From positions 1 through 47,430 of the forward strand of contig JAFGND010000028.1 of NCBI GenBank assembly GCA_016927185.1: DNA of 47,430 nt. The letters run 5' to 3'. The notes beneath the pieces were generated by a model. The model was not told the DNA's origin, made no database searches, and was given only the letters and a program-made list of their open reading frames with translations. This stretch comes from Candidatus Coatesbacteria bacterium. Its GTDB lineage: Bacteria > JAFGND01. Positions within the stretch are counted from its first letter, which is position 1. Each line of letters starts with the position of its first letter. Positions 40,840 to 47,430 of the stretch are shown piece after piece. The position numbers and the translations under genes were made by a program.

Positions 40840-40886
40840 AAACATTATATATATTATCTTTTCTAACATAATGAAGGAGTTTTAAT

Positions 40887-41441
40887 ATGCGGATAATTTT
40901 TGTTTCTTTAGTTTTTTTATTGAATTCAGTGCTGTTTTCGGCTGATACAGAAACCATCGAAAGGGAACTGGAAGATGGAACCGTAGAAAAAGGCTCTGCT
41001 TACAAGGATGACAAGGGTAATCTTATAGCAAATGGGCACTGGGTAGCTACTTATCCTAATGGTCAGAAAGCATACGAAGGAGACTATAAGGATGGCAAAC
41101 TGGAAGGTAAATGGGTTTTCTGGTACAAGAATGGAATAAAGTCAGGTGAAATGAATTACAAAAACAATGAAGCTGATGGCAAATTCCTTACCTGGCATCC
41201 TAATGGGCAGAAAGAAGCTGAAGGGAAACTGGAGAATGGGAAAAGAGGTGGAATCTGGAAGTATTGGTATGATAATGGTCAGCCAAAAACAATAGGAAAA
41301 TTCGAGAATGGAAACAAGGAAGGTGAATGGACTAATTTTTATAAGTCAGGAAAAAAGAAATCAGTAATTACTTACAAAGATGGCAAGAAAATAAAGGATA
41401 GTTTGAAAAACTGGGATGAAAGTGGAAATCTAATTGAATGA
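40887..41441 (+). CDS. Secreted MORN-variant (YwqK-like) repeat protein
   Basis: Signal peptide; repeats W..wY.NG.K..EG.Y.DGK..G; AAGGAG SD. Confidence 0.88.
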   Translation: MRIIFVSLVFLLNSVLFSADTETIERELEDGTVEKGSAYKDDKGNLIANGHWVATYPNGQKAYEGDYKDGKLEGKWVFWYKNGIKSGEMNYKNNEADGKFLTWHPNGQKEAEGKLENGKRGGIWKYWYDNGQPKTIGKFENGNKEGEWTNFYKSGKKKSVITYKDGKKIKDSLKNWDESGNLIE

Positions 41442-41476
41442 GATGACTGAAACCGGAATGAAATTCTCAAGCTGAT

Positions 41477-42424
41477 TCATTTGGAGTTATTCGCATAACA
41501 ATATATACAATTATGTCTGCATGTATTGTATCTGCCAATATCCTTGCTTATGATACAATTACATAAATCACGTTGCCCTTTATCTTTTATGCTTTTCAGA
41601 ACAACCTTTTCTCCGTTTATCTCCAGAGAGTGATTGCAGACGAAATCCATGAGTATTTCATCTTCGTGAAACAACCTTTTAATAAGATCATCATCAATAC
41701 ATTTCCCGTGATTAAAACCTATCAGATCTTCTTTTTCAGCACATGTGAAAAGCTCCAGTTTCCATTTCCTGTTGAAGTCAGCTATACTGCTGCAAATCAT
41801 TTTCTTATCTTCCGTAGTTATGTCTCTTATATTGACTTTGTTCTTCAGAAGATTGGATTTAACTCGCTTGTATTTCTCCTTTTCGATGAAACTTATAGTA
41901 AGCCTTTCAGTAAATCCATACAACTTCTCCCCTATTTCGAAAATCCTCTCTTGAATTTTTTCCTTGCTAATTGTATCAGAAAGTATTACTGGATCAAATC
42001 TCCAGAGAACTTTCCCCTTTCCTATCCTGTCAGATAATTCCCTGAAAATCTCTATTCTATCTTTCAACAGGGGAAGGTTCTTTTCGTAATTCTCATTGTC
42101 ATAATCATTCAATGTTAACTGGAAGTAATAATTCATACCTTCATTATCCAGCATTTCAAGATGCTTGAAAAAAGGTTCAGGATTTTTCGACCAGAAGACT
42201 ATCAGTCTTGTTTTGAGAAAAGAAACAAGTAAAGGCTTTCTGTTGAAGGGATTATACCATTTCATATATCTTTTAGCCTTGTCCTTGTTGAACAAGCTTC
42301 TTATTAAATCCTCTCCATAAAATGCAGGTATATCAGTGGATCTGCTTGCTGATACAATCAGAGGGTATATCGTCTTGATGATCTCTCCATCTTGTTCTGA
42401 AATTACCTGATCATGATATATCAC
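41477..42424 (-). CDS. DUF1848 family protein
   Basis: IVSASRSTDIPAFY, VFWSKNP, WRFDP, CID, DIGRYNTCRHNCIYCYAN; GTG 42424 after GGAG chosen as start. Confidence 0.85.
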   Translation of the reverse strand: MIYHDQVISEQDGEIIKTIYPLIVSASRSTDIPAFYGEDLIRSLFNKDKAKRYMKWYNPFNRKPLLVSFLKTRLIVFWSKNPEPFFKHLEMLDNEGMNYYFQLTLNDYDNENYEKNLPLLKDRIEIFRELSDRIGKGKVLWRFDPVILSDTISKEKIQERIFEIGEKLYGFTERLTISFIEKEKYKRVKSNLLKNKVNIRDITTEDKKMICSSIADFNRKWKLELFTCAEKEDLIGFNHGKCIDDDLIKRLFHEDEILMDFVCNHSLEINGEKVVLKSIKDKGQRDLCNCIISKDIGRYNTCRHNCIYCYANNSK

Positions 42425-42521
42425 TATTAGCTCCAGCCTGCAAATTTTTTCTTGCCTTGACACAGCCTTATTCAATTTCTGTCCATACTTAACTAACAAA
42501 ACAAATTTCCGGGAGGTCAAG

Positions 42522-43520
42522 ATGATAAAAGTTGGAATTAATGGATTTGGCAGAATTGGGCGACTGGTATTTCGCAGGCTTTTTGAAAATCCAGACATAG
42601 AAGTTGTTGGAATCAATGATATCACAGATAACAAAACTCTTGCCCATCTTCTTAAATATGATTCAATTCATAAGAAATACTGGCATAAAGTATCCTTTGA
42701 AGGAGAAAACAGCATAACAGTCAATAATAAAAGCATCAGAACATTTGCAATAAAGAATCCTGAAGAGATACCATGGAAAGAAGTTGGTGCTGAAATTATT
42801 CTTGAATGCTCAGGTCTGTTCACTTCTCGCGAAAAAGCTGAGCTTCACTTGAAAGCAGGAGCAAAAAAAGTAATTATTTCAGCTCCTGCAAAAGGTAATG
42901 ATATTACTATTGTAATAGGTGTCAATGAGAATGAATATGACAAGGAAAAACATCATATTATTTCCAATGCTTCCTGTACTACAAATGCCTGGGTACCAAT
43001 GGTTAAAGTGCTGCATGACAATTTCAAGATAATAAGGGGCACAATGACCACTACCCATTCTTATACAAATGATCAGAGAATCCTTGACCTTCCCCACAAA
43101 GACCTTTACAGGACAAGAGCTGCTTGTTTGAGTCTAATCCCAACAACAACAGGAGCAGCTTCACAAGTCAGCAAGATATTCCCGGAACTTGAAGGGAAAT
43201 TGTCAGGAGTAGCCATAAGAGTACCAACACCTGATGCTTCTCTTGTAGATTTCACATGCATTGTTGAAAAATCAACTACTGTGGATGAGATAAAGAAAAT
43301 CTTCAAGGAAGCTTCAGAGACTTTTCTCAAGAATATACTTGAATATAATGAAGAACCAATTGTATCAACTGATGTAATAGGCAACCCCCACAGCTGCGTT
43401 TTTAATGCTGATTTGATTCAGGTAATTGATGGAACATTGATCAAGGTCATGGCCTGGTATGACAATGAATGGGGTTATTCATGTCGCCTGGCTGAATTAA
43501 CAGAAATAGTGGGAAAATAA
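42522..43520 (+). CDS. gap: Type I glyceraldehyde-3-phosphate dehydrogenase
   Basis: GINGFGRIGR, ASCTTN, TGAA, RVPT, WYDNEWGY. Confidence 0.97.
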   Translation: MIKVGINGFGRIGRLVFRRLFENPDIEVVGINDITDNKTLAHLLKYDSIHKKYWHKVSFEGENSITVNNKSIRTFAIKNPEEIPWKEVGAEIILECSGLFTSREKAELHLKAGAKKVIISAPAKGNDITIVIGVNENEYDKEKHHIISNASCTTNAWVPMVKVLHDNFKIIRGTMTTTHSYTNDQRILDLPHKDLYRTRAACLSLIPTTTGAASQVSKIFPELEGKLSGVAIRVPTPDASLVDFTCIVEKSTTVDEIKKIFKEASETFLKNILEYNEEPIVSTDVIGNPHSCVFNADLIQVIDGTLIKVMAWYDNEWGYSCRLAELTEIVGK

Positions 43521-43521
43521 A

Positions 43522-45456
43522 ATGGCTACTTTATCTTTGAGGGACCTGAACTTAAGTGGCAGGCAAGTTTTCATGAGGGTTGATTTCAATGTACCAATAA
43601 AAAATGGCAAGATTACTGATGATACTCGCATAAAAGCTGCATTGCCATCAATAACCTATATCCTTGAGGAAGGTGCAAGCCTTATTCTCTGCTCACATCT
43701 TGGAAGACCAAAGGGAGACAATAATTCAGAATTCACATTGAAACCGGTTGCAATTAATCTTCAGGAGCTGACTGGGAAAACAGTTCTCTTCGTAGAAAAT
43801 CTGGATGATCCCATTTTGAAAAAACCGCTCCCTCAGGGAACATTATGTCTGCTGGAGAATATACGTTTTGACAAGGGAGAAGAGAAAAATTACGATATAC
43901 TGTCAGAAAAGCTAGGCAAGCTTGGTGACATTTACGTAAATGATGCTTTCGGAACAGCTCACAGAGCTCATTCATCAACTGAAGGAACAACCAGATTCTT
44001 CTCAAGGAAGGCAGCTGGTTTCCTTATGGAAAAAGAACTTCTTGCATTCTCACAAATCCTTTCTTCTCCATCAAGACCTCTTCTTGCAATAATCGGTGGA
44101 GCAAAGATATCAACGAAAATAGGAGTTCTCTATAATCTCCTTGATAAAGTTGATTCCATGATAATTGCAGGAGGAATGCCATTCACTTTCTTCAAGGCAA
44201 TGGGAAAGGAGATTGGTAATTCCCTGTGTGAAGATGATTTCATTGAAGAAGCGAGGAAGATACTTGACAAGGCAAATGAGAAAGGAATCAAGATTTATTT
44301 CCCTGTTGATCACGTTATCTCCCAGAAACTTGAACCAGGACTGGAAATAAAAACAACAAACAATGAGAATGTTCCAGAAGGATATATTGGACTGGATATA
44401 GGTCCTGAAACATTGAAACTCTATGCCGAGCTTATAAATTCATCAAAAACAATAATATGGAATGGACCACTGGGTGCATTTGAAACGAAACCTTTTGACG
44501 AGGGAACAATGGCTATTTGCAGGATCATTGCAAAAGCAAAGGGAATCTGCGTTGCCGGGGGAGGAGATACTGTCTCCGCAATAAATCAATCAAATCTTGA
44601 AAAAGCTTTCTATCATATTTCTACCGGTGGTGGAGCATCATTAGAGCTGCTGGAAGGCAAGATTCTACCAGGAGTAGCTGCACTAGATAGATATGTTCAA
44701 GACAGAAGCATGAAACTTATAGCAGCAAACTGGAAAATGAACAAATCCCCATGCGAAGCGATGGAATTTATTGATGAACTGATAAAAAAGATATCTGAGA
44801 CAAAACCATCCGGTAGTGATATCCTCATTTTTCCAACTTATCTTGCACTGAAGGAGACTATATGCAAATCAAGGGGAACTGAAATTTCAATAGGTGCCCA
44901 GAATGCTTATTTCAAAGACAGTGGAGCGTATACAGGCGAGATATCAGTTGCCATGCTGAAAGAAGCTGGCTGCAAATTCATCCTGATAGGTCATAGCGAG
45001 AGAAGAACTGTTTTCAGGGAAGATGATGAGCTTATAAACGAGAAAATAAAAGCTGTTCTTGCAAATGGCTTGAATTTGGTTTTCTGTCTTGGGGAAACCC
45101 TTGAGGAAAGGAAGCAAAACAAGACATTTGATGTTATTCTGAAGCAATTCAAAAAAGGACTTGACGAAATAACGGACATAGACAGGCTGGTCATTGCCTA
45201 TGAACCAGTATGGGCAATCGGGACAGGTGTTACGGCAACTCCAGAACAAGCCCAGGAAGTTCATGAATACATTAGAGATCTTCTTTTAAGACAGTTTGGC
45301 AAGGAAGCAGCCGACAGGACAAGAATTCTCTATGGAGGAAGTGTAACTCCTGAAAATGTCAAGGAGCTTATGATACAAAAGGATATTGATGGAGCTTTGG
45401 TTGGCGGTGCAAGTCTGGAAACAGGGAAATATCTGAGACTTGTGTTTTATAAATAA
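43522..45456 (+). CDS. pgk-tpiA: Bifunctional phosphoglycerate kinase / triosephosphate isomerase fusion
   Basis: PGK motifs RVDFNVP, DAFGTAHR, GGAK, STGGGA; TIM from about 44710 with ANWKMN, GHSERR, AYEPVWAIGTG, YGGSV, LVGGASL; one open frame. Confidence 0.96.
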   Translation: MATLSLRDLNLSGRQVFMRVDFNVPIKNGKITDDTRIKAALPSITYILEEGASLILCSHLGRPKGDNNSEFTLKPVAINLQELTGKTVLFVENLDDPILKKPLPQGTLCLLENIRFDKGEEKNYDILSEKLGKLGDIYVNDAFGTAHRAHSSTEGTTRFFSRKAAGFLMEKELLAFSQILSSPSRPLLAIIGGAKISTKIGVLYNLLDKVDSMIIAGGMPFTFFKAMGKEIGNSLCEDDFIEEARKILDKANEKGIKIYFPVDHVISQKLEPGLEIKTTNNENVPEGYIGLDIGPETLKLYAELINSSKTIIWNGPLGAFETKPFDEGTMAICRIIAKAKGICVAGGGDTVSAINQSNLEKAFYHISTGGGASLELLEGKILPGVAALDRYVQDRSMKLIAANWKMNKSPCEAMEFIDELIKKISETKPSGSDILIFPTYLALKETICKSRGTEISIGAQNAYFKDSGAYTGEISVAMLKEAGCKFILIGHSERRTVFREDDELINEKIKAVLANGLNLVFCLGETLEERKQNKTFDVILKQFKKGLDEITDIDRLVIAYEPVWAIGTGVTATPEQAQEVHEYIRDLLLRQFGKEAADRTRILYGGSVTPENVKELMIQKDIDGALVGGASLETGKYLRLVFYK

Positions 45457-45465
45457 AGGAAAAAA

Positions 45466-45861
45466 ATGGTTTTAACAATTCTTCTGATTGTTCATGTAAT
45501 TACATGTGTTTTATTGATGGCTGCAATACTGATTCAGGCAGGAAAAGGAGGAGGCTTGTCAGGTTCCCTGGGAGGCTTCGGGATTGGTCAGAACCTGTTT
45601 GGTTCTGCTGGTACAGTTACTTTCCTGATAAAGGCTACAACAATTCTGGCAGTATTATTCTTTTTGACAACAATGTCTATTGGATATATTTATAGTAAGG
45701 GAAAAGTGAAAACCAGTTATACTGGAAATCTGATACAAGATGGCTTGATCAGAGAGCAGAAAGAGGTTGAAAAACAGAAAGAATCCTCTTCTACTCCAAC
45801 AGGTCAATCACCTGCAGTCAAGGGAACAGGTACAAAGCCTGAGAAAGAGCCAACAAAATGA
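45466..45861 (+). CDS. secG: Preprotein translocase subunit SecG
   Basis: ILIQAGKGGGL, two TM helices; conserved tpi-secG-tRNA-Leu order. Confidence 0.93.
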   Translation: MVLTILLIVHVITCVLLMAAILIQAGKGGGLSGSLGGFGIGQNLFGSAGTVTFLIKATTILAVLFFLTTMSIGYIYSKGKVKTSYTGNLIQDGLIREQKEVEKQKESSSTPTGQSPAVKGTGTKPEKEPTK

Positions 45862-45865
45862 ATTT

Positions 45866-45950
45866 GCCGGGATGGTGGAATAGGTAGACACGCAAGGTTG
45901 AGGGCCTTGTGAACGTTTTGTTCATGGGGGTTCAAATCCCCCTTCCGGTA
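45866..45950 (+). tRNA. tRNA-Leu(GAG), CCA not encoded
   Basis: Acceptor GCCGGGA/TTCCGGT plus discriminator A; D arm GTGGAATAGGTAGACAC; anticodon arm CAAGG-TTGAGGG-CCTTG; long variable arm TGAAC..GTTCA; T arm GGGGG-TTCAAAT-CCCCC. Confidence 0.96.
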
Positions 45951-46042
45951 AAAAATTAAGTTAGATAACCATTTTCTTGGAATAGCAATCTTGTAATCCT
46001 TTATTATACATGGATTTAAAAAGACGCATATTCCTGGCTATA

Positions 46043-47353
46043 TTACTTAATTTTCACAATCCTCTTGCATTCTTTCCCAGCCTTCACTATATAAACTCCC
46101 TGTTTCCAGCTGCTAGTATAAAGAGAATGCTTGCCTTTATCTAATTTCATTATTAGTTGACCTGTAAGGGAATAGATTGCTCCTGAAGATGGCAGGGAAA
46201 CTGACAAGCGGGTTGAAAAGGGATTGGGAGAGATGGAGAGGGATTTAGCTGGAAGGGAGTAAGAGGAAGATTCATCTTTGAAACCAGTATACCCATAGGT
46301 TTCTATGGCATAGAGATACGTATCATTACAGCCTATATAAACAACACCATTAGAAACTTTGGGTGAAGAAAAGACAAATTTCCCTGTATTATAACTCCAT
46401 AGAACACTACCATCTTCCGTATTTAAAGCATATATATTAGGTTTATCTGAGTATAATTTTACTCCAATATATAGAGTATTATCAGTAGCAAACGGTACAG
46501 ACCAGATTTCTGGTTGTGAATAGCTAGTGAATTGCTTCTGCCAGAGGATTTCACCATTTACTGTATTAATTGAGTAAAGTATAGCATCTCTGCATCCAGC
46601 AATAAAAACCTTACTGTTGCTAATACAAGGTTTACCAAAAGAAAATTTACTTATTGTTAATGATCTCCAAACAAGAGATTTATTTTCTGCATTAATTGCA
46701 TATACGTACTTATCTTCAGCTCCTATATAAACAATACCATCAGAGACTTCAGGAGAACTATATATCGGAGTATCAAAATCATATGTCCATATAATGCCAC
46801 CATTTGACAAATCAATACTATACATTTTTGCAGGATTCTGACCAGCTGATGCTTTTGCAAATATCTTATTGTTCCACGAAGTTGGAGAACCAAAAATAAA
46901 ACCACTCTCATTCACTTCCCAGGCAGTACTGCCATCAGATAAATTGATGGCTACTAATCTATCACAACAAGGTGCAAAATATTTCCCAGAGACTATTATA
47001 GGCCAGAAATTATTAGAATTTTCAGCCAGCAGCTTCTTCCACTTTAACTGACCTGTTGTTGCATTGCAGGCATATATATATTCATCAAAGTTATTTCCTG
47101 AAATAACAATATTATCAGAAGCACATGGTGAAGTGTAAGTATTCATGTTCATCTTGAAACACCATTCTAATGTTCCATCAAGATTAATTGCATAAATATT
47201 TCTTGTACTGCAAAATATCAGTTGATTATATAAAAAAGGGGAGTATTGGTTAAAAGACAATGCTGTTGGAAATTTCCACAATAAATCCCCGGGAGCAGCT
47301 GAAAGAAAATTGAAAGCAGCTGCAAGTATTAATATTACTATCAAAGTCTTCAT
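46043..47353 (-). CDS. Secreted PQQ-like beta-propeller protein with T9SS/Por-type C-terminal sorting domain
   Basis: Signal peptide; repeats SSP.VS.G.VYIG..D.Y.YAIN; C-terminal ISPNPF...IYSLTGQLI...GVYIVK...KRIVKIK; GGAGG SD. Confidence 0.9.
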   Translation of the reverse strand: MKTLIVILILAAAFNFLSAAPGDLLWKFPTALSFNQYSPFLYNQLIFCSTRNIYAINLDGTLEWCFKMNMNTYTSPCASDNIVISGNNFDEYIYACNATTGQLKWKKLLAENSNNFWPIIVSGKYFAPCCDRLVAINLSDGSTAWEVNESGFIFGSPTSWNNKIFAKASAGQNPAKMYSIDLSNGGIIWTYDFDTPIYSSPEVSDGIVYIGAEDKYVYAINAENKSLVWRSLTISKFSFGKPCISNSKVFIAGCRDAILYSINTVNGEILWQKQFTSYSQPEIWSVPFATDNTLYIGVKLYSDKPNIYALNTEDGSVLWSYNTGKFVFSSPKVSNGVVYIGCNDTYLYAIETYGYTGFKDESSSYSLPAKSLSISPNPFSTRLSVSLPSSGAIYSLTGQLIMKLDKGKHSLYTSSWKQGVYIVKAGKECKRIVKIK

Positions 47354-47430
47354 TTTGACCTCCTTTGAATATTATCCTTTATAAAATCTATACCCAATAA
47401 CATTCTGGTAGATTTTATATTATCTTTCTT

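Noticed and set aside
40887..41441. YwqK-type antitoxin of a toxin-antitoxin pair
   Set aside because: Generic MORN-variant repeats with a signal peptide, and no adjacent toxin gene.
42425..42634. N-terminal extension of the DUF1848 ORF
   Set aside because: Antisense to gap and its promoter; GTG 42424 has an SD.
45866..45950. G1-U72 pair and tRNA as an integration site
   Set aside because: G1-U72 also occurs in E. coli tRNA-Leu(GAG); no integrase or duplicated tRNA 3' end was seen in the window.

Overview
AT-rich bacterial chromosomal segment (roughly 35% GC by eye), probably from an anaerobic diderm. The evidence is a 2-oxoacid:ferredoxin oxidoreductase, a short anaerobe-type ThiC, and a protein with a T9SS/Por-like C-terminal sorting domain; the taxon cannot be fixed from sequence alone. 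Most content is housekeeping or metabolic: gap-pgk/tpi(fused)-secG-tRNA-Leu(GAG), thiC-eno-ftsB-fabH-NTPase, livKHMGF, ddl, queE-cmk, OFOR alpha/beta-nitroreductase, a fused aspartokinase/DAP decarboxylase, and an MBOAT/SGNH acylation pair. There is one decayed IS481-like transposase and no CRISPR array, rRNA or intact mobile element. The best candidate for an undescribed system is the minus-strand cluster at 33662-40495: an FHA-domain sigma54 activator, a TrxB-fold reductase lacking CxxC, an RlmN-like radical SAM enzyme lacking the resolving cysteine, a Ser/Thr kinase-PEGA-FGE receptor and a LarA-family protein. A HypC-like protein that has lost its metal ligands is transcribed divergently from it. 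Other notable points are a hybrid histidine kinase split by a one-base frameshift at an A8 run, paralogous secreted PQQ-like propeller genes at both window ends, and a promoter pattern suggesting leaderless mRNAs. All calls come from motif recognition; no searches were run.
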